NCBI GenBank assembly: GCA_977862235.1
Contig: OZ374560.1
Span: 806,001-870,000 of the forward strand
Direction: 5' to 3'
DNA length: 64,000 bases
Origin: Dudresnaya verticillata
Taxonomy: Eukaryota
The notes beneath the pieces were generated by a model. That model saw only the letters and a list, made by a program, of their open reading frames with translations. It made no database searches and was not told the DNA's origin. How positions within the stretch are numbered: position 1 is the first letter of the stretch; each line of letters opens with the position of its first letter. The translations under genes and the position numbers were made by a program. Of this stretch, positions 35,095 to 47,781 are shown in pieces.

Positions 35095-38051
35095 TGCGAA
35101 GCGAGTTGTGCGGTCGGGCGGGCAGGTGCGGTCGTAGGATGAAGGCGACAACGGAGGATTCAGAATTCTCCGCGGAAGGTGCGCGCCGGTGAAGTATGCC
35201 CAGCCGTCCGTGATGGAATGGAATCGCTGGAGAAGATGCTTTTTGCATATTTTCGAGACATTTTTTCTGTCCCACATTTTCTTGTCTTGCTGCTTGCTGG
35301 TAGCTCTCCTGAAGTCCACACGCCCATGTTGGCACAAATGGTCAACTCGGCAGGAGTACGCATCAATTCTTCAGCGACCTAGCGGAGTACATTGCCGCGG
35401 AACGCGCCACCTCTCCCGCAATTGAGCTATTCTTCCTCAAGACACGGGGTTGTAACAGTCCCCTCGCAGCCATTCTAAAAGTCCCCCATTCTCTCGTGAA
35501 ACATCGCAACACGTCCGGTTACTTTGGACTTCGACAACAACTCTGCAACCCGGGGCCTAACCTACAATGCTGGTGAATCCCTGAGCAATGCATTACCCCC
35601 AAACCGTGCCATAATGGAAAGGAAATAAACGAGGGCCACGCAGATCAGCAGAAGAGTATATAAGTAAGGTAGCAATGGTTTTAGAGCCATACAGTTCTTT
35701 AGACCCTTCAATATGCTTTTCCAAAGTAATCCTACCAATGTATTCGGCCGCGTTTACTGATGAAGCAATGGGACCAGAGCCAATTCCTGCAGCAAAAGCG
35801 TCCTGTTGACAACATCTGGATCTGCTCAATAGTTCTTAGTTCAAACTTTGCGAGCTTTTTTTTCGCGACAAGCCATAACAAGCCGCAACGAGAGGGAGTT
35901 AGGGTTCTGCTGAGGATTACGATGATACGAAAGAACACAATTCAAAGATTGCAATCCTTTCCCGCCTCATGAATTGCAGCGAATACGATGCTTCGCAACT
36001 GGGATATGATAAGAACCGATTGGATTAACTAAGGCACGAAGACTTGTTCTGAAATTCAATGTCGGGTGTTGCATTCCTGCAAATGCCCCTGGCTTCCGGT
36101 CTTGTTTTCGACATTAATGGCCGCATCGGTTCTGGGTTGTATTTGCTTTTATTTCTTTCAGAAGGGGTTCCAATACTACATGAACGCCGTGGTTCTGGGT
36201 TTGATGTAGTGTAGATTCCTACTGAAGGTAGGACCTTAAGTAGGAAGCATCACAGCACTAAGCACAAGCAAAGCCACAAGGAAGCGGCAATAGCGTAGTG
36301 GTTTCTTTTTCCTTTGTCCGCCATGGAGGTCGTCCGATCGAGTCCTGCGGGTACGTGCTCGGGCGAAGTTGGAGAGCAGTCTACAGTAGGCATTCAACGC
36401 ATTGAGTTTCTCATCCAGATATGAAGGGTACATTACCAGTATAAGAAAAACTCTCAGTTACCACCCACCTGCTACCATTAGCTCAGCAATTCTTTGCGGT
36501 ACAGTATGTGCCAATCGCCGCAAGAACTCCCCTCCCCCTTTTTTTATACATAGTGTTACATAGTTCCCAAGCCCCGTTGAAGTGGCGTACTGATTGGAGT
36601 ACCCATAAAGGTCCTTCCGCCGGTCAGAAACGCTGCAATTATTTTGGACACCGGTTGTCGTACACCGGTGTACTGTGCTACCCAGGATCACGGACCAGCC
36701 CACCGGTAGCTACATCCCAACGGAACGAATAGGGCCTCTACAATGCGCTCTCCTATGAGGACTTGAGTTTGAGGGATACATCTCCCAGCTCCAAAAGAGT
36801 TCACAGATTACACATGTATTGCCAACAAGTCAGACGACTTCACCCGAAACTTGTTGGAGAAGAGCACAAGTGTCTGTTGTCCAACGATGCGGCATTTGGG
36901 TCGATAGCCAAAAGCTTCTTTCCATTGTGGCCACCACATTGTCCTCATGGTGGGCCTCATTTTCGAGGGGCACCCAAGGGAACATCATCAAATCTTCACA
37001 GCGTTCTCGGTCTCTGAAGTATTTCTGGGCCACATGGCAGTATTTCCATGGCTAGACGAATAGTCAGGAGAGAGGTCCTATCCAAACTAGGACAGAGAAG
37101 GATGGGAGATCCAAATGCGAAATGCCACACAGAAAAGACGCTTCCAGCAAGACAACACCCTTGCAGCTTCTGCAGCGGATCGGGTCGCCTTGTCGCTTTG
37201 TGCAGACTTGAACAAACTAAACTTCAATCTAGAGAGCAGAAGGCCTCGTTCCGGCAGGAAATCGAGTCAGGCAAAGAGGCTTTCAAACATGAATCTCTAA
37301 GGTTCCGCTTCACTGTTGCTCACTGCAGACAGGCTCGCCTCATCAAGCAGTACCGAAGGGCACCCTTGAACGGAACTGCACCCGCACTGACGAATATCTA
37401 AGGTATGGGGGAATTGGCCATGCTGTCATCAGAAGAAGACCGGATATTTTTGTATCACAACGGGGTAATTAACCGTCCGGGGTAAAGGGCTGATTCAAGG
37501 CCCTGTACGAAAACAAGCTGTAACCTAAACAGTAGGCACCTTCAGAGGGACTCAGAAAGAACTAGATGGCATAGGAGGGACCTCCGCCTATGTCGCCTAG
37601 AGTTCTCCCTACGTTTGTTCGAAACTCGTAAGCAACGCAGGTAGGCGAGCAAGTAGATGCCGATTGATTCTTACTTCGACGAATTGAAGGGCGAGAGAGA
37701 TGAGAGAACTGCATGAGGAAACAAAGGCGATAAGCTCTGCACTCTTCCTCTTCACCTGTTGAGCGGAAAGTCCGGCTAAGAATGACCGCAGTAGCGGCAC
37801 AAATTCAGTTTACTGCGACCATAGTCACAATATTTCCTCGGTCCAAGGCCCGTCTCCTAGGAGCAATGATGTCGTTATCTTTCTGGGTCTTGACTGGCAA
37901 GAGCTGACTCCCGATGGGAAGTTTGACTGAGCTCGATTGCTGCTCGTGTGATTCCAAGTCCATGGAACATTCCTTACTCAACGTATAATACCACTTGGTC
38001 GCCTCCATGCGAGTTCAGAGCAATAGCTGCCTGCTTGGTTTTGCGGTGCTG

Positions 38052-40079
38052 TTAGGAGTTCGTCGAAAACTCCGCTCCGGCCTTTTTAATCCAACGAATG
38101 AAAGCAGACACCCGTGTGAATATCATCGGAAACTTCCAATCCCCGCACCTCACCCCGAAGGATGTCAGTCCCACTAATATGGGTTCTCCTCCTTCGTAAT
38201 ATATCAGAGGTCCGCCACTATCACCAGAGCTGTGTTTGGAAACGCAAGAGCAACAAAAAAAGCAATAAAACAAAAAGTAGTGTGAAGTCAGATCGAAGTG
38301 CCGTCACGTTGGGATTGTACCGTATCTTGTTTCGTATTTAAGTGGAAGAACTTACCAGGTCCCACATCCTCCTCTGGGCAGCACGCCAGCACATATCTGT
38401 AGCGAGTCGGAAATTAATGTACCACGAAGAGTCTCAGTTCCATGAATATGGGCACACGGTTTGTGCGGTACAACTTCAATGTCAACCTGCCGAAGCTTAA
38501 TATCTGCTCGTGCGCCGTACAGGAAGCGCCCATATCCTGCAGCCCTGACATGAGATCCGTCAGAAGGAATACCAAGGCGTGCGTTCACCTTCATGAACTT
38601 TGCAGACTTCGGAGCATCTGATTCAAGCTCGACTAGAGCAATATCGTTGACCGAGGCTGGATCAAACGGATACCTGGGATGGGTAAATACTCGAGTTATT
38701 CCAATCCGAGACCCCCCAGCGCAGTTCGAAGAAGCTTTCGTAGCACCTAGACAGGCAAAATAGTCCCCATCAGCTGCAATTCTGCAGTGTGCAGCAGTGA
38801 GAAGCCAACGACTCGAAATGAGAACTCCCGAACAGCGGAAGAAAGGAGGCATTACAAGGGCCACCATGTAGGGGGAGAGGTTTTCTGAAATGCTTCGACC
38901 TCCAACAATGCTTACTGACGTCTGCAAATCCGAATCGTATCTTGTGTTTCCTGATAAGCCTTTTGCAGAGGGAGCACTCTTCTCGCCGGAGGACCTCTCT
39001 GCAATGACTTGCCCGCCTGGACGTTGTAGAGGAGAAAATTGCCTGGTCGCAATTGGTGGACCGGGCAGGTCGGCATTGATTCGCACAGGACAGATCGTTT
39101 CTGCGTTGACAGTGTTGATACCGATACCAGATCCTCTCGCATCCACTGAAACACAAAAGGTGTTCCTGAAGTACTCCGTCGTCGCACAAATTTCTTCTTG
39201 CACACAGTCATCGGATGAAGTACACGTACGTATGGTCGATGGAAAACATGCGCACAACGGTCCACCACTGCAGGCGCTCAAAGGTGCGTCGAGTGTAAAA
39301 CAGTTCCAGTTCCTGGCGCAGTCGGAATTCTTTCGGCACGGGTCAAGAGTGTATCCATTGGTGTTCTGTATTGTGGAAGTTGTTTTTTGAACCGCGAACA
39401 GACCCTCCTCTGTCTTCATCGAAACGCAAAGAGGAACTTTCCCAATCGGTGTATTTGCACACACCTCTCCCTTCTCGCAGTCTGCATCAATCAAGCAGCG
39501 ATCCAGAAAATCGTCTAAACAGAAGCAGGGGCTTCTTCCGTAGCAATTCGTAACAAACGGAGAGCCATACAGGAATTTGCATCGTCTGGCTCCCTTGCAC
39601 TGTGAATCTTTAGAGCACGGACTGAGCCAAAGACCATCACCCGGCGGTTTTAGGGGCTTTTTCTTAGTGAAGGCAGCAAAGTTCTTGGCTGCAGGAGAAA
39701 CACAGATGGGACGAAGGACGTAGTCGGCAGCGAGGCAAACTTCACCACGAGGGCAGTCAGACTTGGATTCGCAGAATTTCTGTTGCGGAGGTCGACAGTA
39801 GCAGGTTGTTGTTCTCCTGCAAGGGTCACGGCTTGAAGTTAAGCATCTTCGTGGTGCGTTGCAATCTCTGTTTGACTTGCAAATATCGAAAGTCAGGCCT
39901 GCATATGATTGAGCGTCTGGCGAAAATGGGCTGTCCACCTGAAAGTCCAGGCGCTCTTGGTTGGCAGGATGCGGCGCGGGAAGAACATGATAAGATAGCT
40001 TTTCCGGTTGTTGAGCCGCAGAAAAGTTATTTCTGTGCACGCAGATGACGAGTAGAAGCAACACAGCTGCTTTCTCCAT
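38052..40079 (-). CDS. Secreted S1 (chymotrypsin-fold) serine protease with three N-terminal Cys-rich repeats; 2 exons (40079-38356, 38229-38052), 633 aa
   Basis: Signal-like N-terminus, IVGG activation site, LTAAHC and NDIAL. Splicing restores GTCSGDSGGP. Confidence 0.93.
38230..38355 (-). other. Spliceosomal intron (126 nt, phase 2)
   Basis: GTAAGT donor, CTGAC branch site and ACAG acceptor. Removal joins TG+C into the conserved Cys before GDSGG. Confidence 0.92.
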
Positions 40080-42024
40080 TGCAAGGGGGGCTGATTAATC
40101 TTTCTTGAGGTAATGAGCAAGCCGTTTCTGGGAACCACTTCCGCCGGGCCGCACAAAAGGTAAAGATGCAAGAGGGAGGGTTTGAGAGACCAGCGGTTCG
40201 TATCCACATTCACCCACACCCCCTGCGTGAGCGAGAACAAAGGTAACGATGTAGCGCCGACAACATCCCGTATAAGAAGTGTCATCAGGGTATTAGCATG
40301 TTTGTTCAGAGATTGTGGAGCGAGTTGGCATCAAGCAATTCGTCAGAAGCAATGGCATTGTCTTTGTATTCTCAACAATGCTAGTCTAGGGATATCGCCC
40401 TTCATTGTCACTCCGGCCACATCGGCGGCGCTATCAGAACGGTTTTGAAACGAGACGTCAGCAACCAAATAGACCAATAGCACCCACATTGGTCGGCACT
40501 TGCTGGCCACCACCCTATAAATGATATCCGGACTGGAAAGATGAAGACGGCGGATTAGAATGGGTGGGTGGGATTTTATTGAGATCGAGCGATATCTTAA
40601 AAAGTCAAGGAATGTACGTGTACATGGCCCTTTGCGACCCAGGACTGAATATTTTCTCTGATCCACCCAGACTCAATCCGAATCAGCTCGTCAAGGCATC
40701 CCGTTGCCGCGCACACTACATCTTTGTGTCGACTTGAGAGTCAGAACAAGATGCAGTTCTGACAGGTTCGGAAAATCTCTCAATCATATAGTGATTTTCA
40801 CACAAAACGAGTTTTTCCAACTTGGTTCTTGATTTGCAAAAAGCCCTGAGACGTCGTTTTCCACTATGGCATCGGGACAGGGTATAATGATGATTGAAGG
40901 TATACAGCGCATGCTGTACACATGCGACTGTTGTGAGAAATGCTTGTTGTAAAGAAAACACCTGGCCTAACCTGTCCTGACCTCTTCGCGCACGAGGAAG
41001 TGAATCCCAGGGACGTGAGTTTCATCCTGCATGCAGTGCAGAGTATCTCTGAGAAGACTGCTGAAGCGGGATTCATTTAGACCTGGCTGGGTGGCAGACT
41101 TCTAAGTGCGCCCAGCATTGGTCTCGTAGAAGACAAACAGAATCTGGTTCAGAACAACACTCACCTTTTCCGGGACAGAATAATGCAATAATTTTAACCC
41201 TCTATACATAGAAAAACATCCCTGAGGCTGTTGTGAGGATTACAAGTGAAACGATTGGGAGTATATCAAAAAGTCGCGAGCAACTGGGAATTTTCCGTCC
41301 CATTTAGAACAACCTTTAGTATGACAATTGACGAGAGGAGCTGTCTGAGCTCTACTTGCACACAGCTGATGGCAAGGTAACGTTTCATTCTCGATTTTAA
41401 CAACAATGTATTCACTTCAGGGTGGACTCAGCGCAGAAACAGGTCTATGATGAACCGATGCACTTTTCACAGCCCCGTTCTTTCCTTTTCAAGAAGCTGC
41501 TGCAGATGTATGCAACGTACCAGCAGCTAATGGAAGGTGGTATGGTATGGTATACGTATGCTCGTCACCGCACATGGGACGCTGCGTTTTTGAAGAGCAC
41601 ACCGGAATCCTATCTGCCTTAGAGAGGTCAGATTCTGTGCCTTTCTCCATCTTGATGGTTTCGATATAGTGTCTGGAATAGTTCTGTATGCGTGTCTCCT
41701 ACTGTTGGAGAGGGTTTCGTTAGTTTTGCAAAGGCCACTTGGGATGTAGAAAATTTGCCAGCCTTAAACATTAGAAAAGTTGCAATTACCCCATGTAAGA
41801 GAACCTTACTCTCCCAAAATGGAACACTCGACAAGTTGGGGGTCTCGAAAACTTCTACGAAAGCAATCAAGTCTGTATAAAAGGGTAATATAGGATGAGA
41901 GTATGGAAAGACATTCGCGAACGAGATCTTCTTCAGCAGCCAAAGTAACTTGAACGAAGGTATTCTTGCGAGGACCTGTTGAGGATCAGAAGAACGCATT
42001 TTTTTTTGCTCACCGCCGTGTGAC

Positions 42025-42579
42025 ATGAAGTTTAACATTTTCAGGCGAAGGGACAAATCCTGTAGCAGTCATGATCATGAAGGATGTAGTTGCAAAGGGA
42101 TATCAAAACAACGTTTCCACATCTCATTTCGAGCCAGAAATATAACTATCAATGGAACTGTTGATGTCGACGACGTACTCCGGATGCTCACTGGACAGGG
42201 CTCGCAGTACTTTACGGCGAATAGTTCATCACCTCGAAACCAAAGAGCGAACTCGCCACCTGATGCGCTTGATCCGTCGGGCAATCAGCACCCTGCAGGT
42301 TCCCACCGAAATATAGAAAGCGTTTCAGCTCAGGCGCATCCAGCAGAAGAATGGCAGATGCAGTTTCAGGATCAGTTTGATTATCAAACTGAACAGAATC
42401 GGATTGCCGTTGAAGAGCTTGGGACTCTCGTCCGTGGTCTACAGCGTGATATCCATAACTTTGGAGGATCAAGTCAAGAGCACGGCATTGTCCAGCTTGA
42501 GCAAGACACAGAGGCTGAGAGTTACATTCCGTCCACTACCAACGAAGAGAATTCGACAGGCTACGAAAGAAGGAATTGA
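42025..42579 (+). CDS. Hypothetical protein (184 aa)
   Basis: ATG-initiated ORF with protein-like composition and a short coiled-coil-like segment. TATAAA lies at 41876. No domain recognised. Confidence 0.45.
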   Translation: MKFNIFRRRDKSCSSHDHEGCSCKGISKQRFHISFRARNITINGTVDVDDVLRMLTGQGSQYFTANSSSPRNQRANSPPDALDPSGNQHPAGSHRNIESVSAQAHPAEEWQMQFQDQFDYQTEQNRIAVEELGTLVRGLQRDIHNFGGSSQEHGIVQLEQDTEAESYIPSTTNEENSTGYERRN

Positions 42580-43792
42580 TCGTCTGGAAAGATTCTCGCC
42601 GAGGAAATGGATCCTCTTAACCGTAATTCAGCCCTAGTATCTTCAAGCCTGCTTCCATTTTGCGTGGGACGCACTAAACTTACACAATGAAGATGGGGAA
42701 GTCGGCTGGCTTATGTGATCAAAAGTTTGGCTAATGCTTGCTAAAGCATTTTCCTGCAGTCATGTAGATGAACCGCAGGCAACCTGCAGTCTCAAGACAA
42801 GAAGTGCAACTCTAGATCATGTCCTATTGTTGTAAAAGACTACCTGCGAACAATTGCCTATTGTTGGATGCCAGCGAGCAACCCACACGCAGAACCGAGA
42901 CTGCCCGTGCCCTTCGTAGACCTACTCGCGAGAAGTCGCAGGCAGCGATTGATGAGGTCAAGGGCAGCATTCATGAACGACAGATGCACCGAGTTCTCTT
43001 CAATGGTTCTCCACTTCTGGTGATGACGGCTATGGTAAACTATTGTCTCCGCGTTTGACATGCATTTTGGCAGAAGGGATCGAGCTAGACAACATTGGCG
43101 GCCGCTAACGCATACGACAGCAACACGACAACAGCGCGTAGAGCAGAAAATTCCAAAGGTGCAGTAGACGGTAGACGCCCCATTCCCATGGGGCGTCTAC
43201 CTTTCAGAATAGATTGTTCGGGAAGATGCCTAGAACATACGACGCGGAATGAGGAGGCTGATTTAGGTGGGTTCTACTACCAGACATTTCGAAGCTGTCG
43301 TTGACTGGTTATAGCAGGAGGACAGTTGAGTTGGCAGTATTATATGGTTGCCTATATACATAGTAAGCAGGGGGCGCTTTCTACAAAAGGCTGGTGTAAG
43401 ATGAGCATCTTCGGAGGTTGGAATACGTCATTGTGTTGCATGTAGTGTTGAGAACAGGCTTGATGGGGAGAGCGACTCGCCCAAATGCAAAATGGTTGCG
43501 ACACATGGGAACAGTGCTGTAGCGTGACCTGCAAGGATCGCACCCGAGCAGGAAGCAAGTGCGCAATAGGACGACAAAAGCACGATCAGCCCAAAGGCAC
43601 AGGCCGGCACCAGACTGTGCAAATTGAGCGACTGTTGCAGAGACAGAATATGCTTCCACGTCCCACGCGGAGATCGCATGTGCAAAAATATCCGCGCCAA
43701 AGACCAAGTTGCAAAGCTCACACACACCGGAAGCGGCGGCGCGCAATGATGCAGCAAGCCGGCAAAGGCGGGCAGGGCATCCACAGGCGCAA

Positions 43793-44929
43793 TCAAGCGT
43801 CGTGTTCGCTGGGTTGTCCACCCTCTACGCCTTGCTTTCTGGCCGCTTGCTCAGGTCCCGCAATGGAGTAGAAGTACAGCTCGTTCCACGTCTCAATGAT
43901 CATCCCGGGGGTGCCCTCATCCCACCCAACAAAGGTAACCCGGTGGGGCTCATGGCGCCCGTCGACCGGCAGCTCCTTGAGCGGAAAGCCGCCGCGCTCC
44001 GCGTCCCAGAAGCTGACGGCGTAGTCCTTCGCAACGCCCGCCACCACACCACCAGACGGGCCGGTCTCGACGTCAAAGCTCAGGCCCTGCCAGCACCGGT
44101 TGCGCTCAAACTCGACGACGGGGGCCGTGGCGCGGCGCAGGTCCCAGCGCGTCAGCGCGTTCCTCGCGCGGCGCACGCCGCAGAACAGGCGCGTCGCGCC
44201 GCGCGCCACAACCTGCGCGACCGACCCCGGCGCGCCGGCCGGGCGGAAGTGGCCCACGCGGTCCGGCCCTGCGCGCGCGTCGAACAGGTGCACCACGCCC
44301 GCAGAGTCGCCCGCGGCCAGCAGGGGCGCGTGGTCATCATCGTGCACAAAGGCCAGCGCGCGCACCGTGCGCGACGTCGGCAGGCGGTGCGTGGCAACGT
44401 CGTCCAGACGGTGGTCGTCCGCGCGCGCCTCGAAGACCGAGACGGCTCCGCATTGCCCCGCCGCCACCACGTGCGTCCACGCGGCGTGCGCGGTGCAGAA
44501 CACGCGCGGCAGCAGCGACGCCGTGGCCACGGCCGGCGGCTCGCCGGGCGCCGCGAAGTAGGCCAGGCGCACCGACGACACGGCGTGCCGCGGCTCCGTG
44601 CTCAGCGCGAGCACGCCCGACGCGGCGTGGTACGAGTGCGACGTGACGTGCGGCAGGCGGCGCAGGCTGGCGCACACGTGGCCGGCGCGGTGGTGCAGCA
44701 GGTCGACCACGCGGTGGTCGTCCGCGTCCGAGTGCGGCAGCGCAAACGCGTGCGACAGCGGCGCGCGCTCGCGCGGCGGCGGCGGGGCCGGCGGCGCGGC
44801 GTAGGGCAGCTGCGCGCGCGGCGCGCGCGCGGTCAGCAGCGCGATGGACAGCGCCGCGCGCGACGACGCGCGGCCCAGCGACGTGTCGTGCAGTGCGGAC
44901 AGCGCGGAGCGCGGGCGGCGCGGCGGCAT
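43793..44929 (-). CDS. WD40-repeat protein with DxR motifs (DCAF-like), 378 aa
   Basis: Repeats VSVFEAR, VHLFDAR, LTRWDLRR and VSFWDAE. ATG at 44929 is in gccATG context after a poly-C leader. Confidence 0.8.
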   Translation of the reverse strand: MPPRRPRSALSALHDTSLGRASSRAALSIALLTARAPRAQLPYAAPPAPPPPRERAPLSHAFALPHSDADDHRVVDLLHHRAGHVCASLRRLPHVTSHSYHAASGVLALSTEPRHAVSSVRLAYFAAPGEPPAVATASLLPRVFCTAHAAWTHVVAAGQCGAVSVFEARADDHRLDDVATHRLPTSRTVRALAFVHDDDHAPLLAAGDSAGVVHLFDARAGPDRVGHFRPAGAPGSVAQVVARGATRLFCGVRRARNALTRWDLRRATAPVVEFERNRCWQGLSFDVETGPSGGVVAGVAKDYAVSFWDAERGGFPLKELPVDGRHEPHRVTFVGWDEGTPGMIIETWNELYFYSIAGPEQAARKQGVEGGQPSEHDA

Positions 44930-44955
44930 GGCGTGGCGCGTGGTGGGTCGGGGTC

Positions 44956-44980
44956 GGGGGGGGGGGGGGGGGGGGGGGGG
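44956..44980. repeat. G25 homopolymer
   Basis: 25 consecutive G immediately upstream of the WD40 start codon (poly-C on the coding strand). Confidence 0.9.
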
Positions 44981-45620
44981 TGGGGGTCGGGGGCGGGGGG
45001 TGGGGGTTGGGGAAAGGGTTAAGCCGCGGCGCGAGAGGGGCGGCGCGGGCGCGCGCGGCGGCGCGGCGGGTGGAGGCGGCGTCACGGCGGGTGGAGGCGG
45101 AGGGTTGAGGCGGCGGCGCGACGTCTTCTCTCTTCGAAGGCGACGCTGCGACTGGAGAGTCGGAGCGCGTCGGCGCGTCGGTCCGTCCGGCGCGTCGGTC
45201 CGTCCGGCGCGTCCGTCCGTCCGCCGCGGCATCGGGTGCTTACAGCGCGACAGCCTCCTTACACCGTCGCGTCGCTCGTTTGGGAACAGCCAACCGGACG
45301 GCGCCATTCTGGAAGGCACTGTACTTCCCTCGCAACAACAAAGCCGTGACTGAGCTCTGCCATTCTGACTGGAACTAACGTCACCTAACGATCGAACAGA
45401 GCATGCACTTCATTCAAGACTCAGACTCAAGACCGGAGCAGGGCTTCACGTGTTCAGACAGAACCGCAGGTTCCCGTCCAGAGCCCGACCCATTGGCCAC
45501 TGCGCCAGCGCTGCGTAGACGCCGACTACGTAGTAGTACGTAATGTGAATCCATCCTTTTGCTCCGCCTGTTCACAGCCCTACCCGTATGTACAACAACA
45601 CCACCAACACCAATCCACCC

Positions 45621-46957
45621 CTAAAGATCACAAATCCGCTTCACAATGTCCGTCTGGCAGAACCGGTTCCCGCGGCTCTCCGTACACAGCTCGCAGCAAG
45701 CCTGCTTGCACGCATCACTCTGCCCCCACCCCGTCTTGCCCCTCTCACATCTCCCGCCGCTGCGCTCCGCAAGCATCCTCCAGCACCGCGTCCCGACAGC
45801 GATGCACTTGCACGCCTTCCGCCTCTGCGTCACCTCATCGCTAGGAGGCCCGCCCTGCCCGCTCGTTGTCGTCATCGTCGTCGCCGTCGTCGCAGCCCCG
45901 CTGGTCGTCGACGAACGCGTCGTGCTGGGCGCGCTTGTCCCCTCGCCACCGCCCGGCGACACCCCGCCAAAGTGCTCCGGCGTCAGCGCCGCAGGCACCT
46001 TGCCGTTCTTGAACTCGCGCGGCTTCTGGTACTCGGCCGTCACCTTGCACGGCTCGTTCGTGCACACGCCGGGCGCGTCGTTGGCCGACATGCAGCCCTC
46101 GCTGGACCACCGCGTCATGTCGTTGTTGAACACCGGCACATGCTCGCGCTGCAGCGCGGCCCCGCCCTGGATGCGCACGTACGAGCACGACCAGTAGTCC
46201 CCAAAGTACCCCCACGGCTTGGGCTCCTGTTGCTGCTCGGACTCGATGGACGAGCCGCACCCGCCGTACCACACCCACCCCAGCACATAGTCGCCGTCGG
46301 CCACGACGGGAGGGATCGTCACGTCGAACGTGTAGTACCCAGGCGCGAAATCGTGCTGCTCGGCGTCGGACCCGATCAGCCCAAAGCCGAACCGGTCGCG
46401 GCCTAGCTCGGACTGCGCGGCGCGCCGCGGGTTGGCGCCCCAGCAGGTGTAGTAGAACGCGTTGCGCCGGTGCGCTGCCTTGTCCATCATGTCGGACGGC
46501 TTGACCAGCGTCAGCCGCACAAACCCGCCAGGCCCGTGGTTGTTGCGCTGGTACTTGATGGTGACCTTCTCGCCGCGGCCGTACGTGGCCGCCGGGTTGG
46601 ACGGGTCGCCATGGTTGGCGTAGCCGCCCTTGATGGCGCGCAGGTCGCACGGGCCTGGGCAGTTGTCCACACCGAACTGCGGCTCACCGCCCATGCGACA
46701 GGTCTGGGAGTGGGGAGATGGAGGTTGGGAAGGGGCATTGGTTAGCTCAATACTGGGACCGGTGGTGGCGGTGGTGGCGGTGGTGGCGCGGCTACTGCTG
46801 CTACTGGTGCAGCTTGCTGATGCGGCAGGTGGGAGCGGCTTACCATTGGGGCAGTGGACTCCGGATCGGACATCTGCGAGTGGGCCGCGGCAACGGCAAG
46901 AACGGCAGCGACGAGCGCCGCGGCGGCCGGCGGCGGGTAGCGGGGCGCGGCGTGCAT
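45621..46957 (-). CDS. Secreted His-brace LPMO-like copper protein with S/T linker and C-terminal 10-Cys module; 2 exons (46957-46844, 46703-45621), 398 aa
   Basis: A 25-aa signal peptide ends AAA|H. Further motifs are RNNHGPGGF (second His), GDYVLGWVW and DYWSCSYVRIQGG (axial Tyr-like). Confidence 0.85.
46704..46843 (-). other. Spliceosomal intron (140 nt, phase 0)
   Basis: GTAAGC donor, GCTAAC branch point, pyrimidine tract and CCAG acceptor. Removal fuses the signal-peptide exon in frame. Confidence 0.9.
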
Positions 46958-47070
46958 GGCGGGTGCGGATCGGTGGGGAAGCGTCGGTGCGAAGCGTGTG
47001 CTTGGAGCAGTCTGTGCACGGTGGTGGTGGTGAGCGGCGCGGGACAACTTCGAGGCAGGCCCGCGCCGCC

Positions 47071-47076
47071 TTTATA
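47071..47076 (-). promoter_or_regulatory. TATA box of the LPMO-like gene
   Basis: An isolated TATAAA in very GC-rich DNA ~115 nt upstream of the ATG. Confidence 0.65.
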
Positions 47077-47720
47077 CGCCGCGCGCATCCCGGTGCAGGC
47101 CGGCCGCGGCGGCGGAGACGGCGCGCACGGCGCCGGTGTTGCACTGGGCTGCGCCGCGGCAGTGGCACTGGCCGCGCGTTTGCGACGGCGCGACGGCGCG
47201 ACGGCGCGAAGGCGAGACGGCGATCCGTGCGCGCTACGTGGACGGGCGCGGCATGGCGCGGAGCTGGGCTGCGCGGCGGGGATGCAATTGATCGGAGAGA
47301 GCGGGTGGTCAGCGTTCGAGCCGCGGTAGCGTGGGACGACGGGGAGCGGGCGAGCACTGGGCGACGAGCACTGGCAGCGCGTGGCGCGGCGACGCGGGGG
47401 CCGGGGACGGCGCAGTCAGTGTTGACTCATTGAGTCTGCCGCGTGGCATCAGTCAGTGGTTTTGCGCGCGGCGAGGAGGCCGCGCAGCGCCGACTTCGGA
47501 GACCGAATCTGCGCGTGTAACGCACCGAATCTCAACGTCGGCGCCGCCAACGGGCGCCACACGCGCGCGCCACGCTCCGCGCTCGCGCGCCACCATTGGC
47601 GCGCGCGCGCGCCGAGCGCGCCGCGTGCCGCCCGCGCGCCGAGCGCGCAACTCGCGCGCGCTCCGCGTCTCCGTCCACGTCCGTCGTCCCTCTCAACCGC
47701 CCGCCCGCCCGCCCGCCCGC

Positions 47721-47769
<49 letters not shown>

Positions 47770-47781
47770 GCCCGCGCCGCC

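Noticed and set aside
46704..47357. N-terminal extension of the 578-aa ORF
   Set aside because: It reads through the intron and promoter. The real first exon is in another frame (46957-46844).
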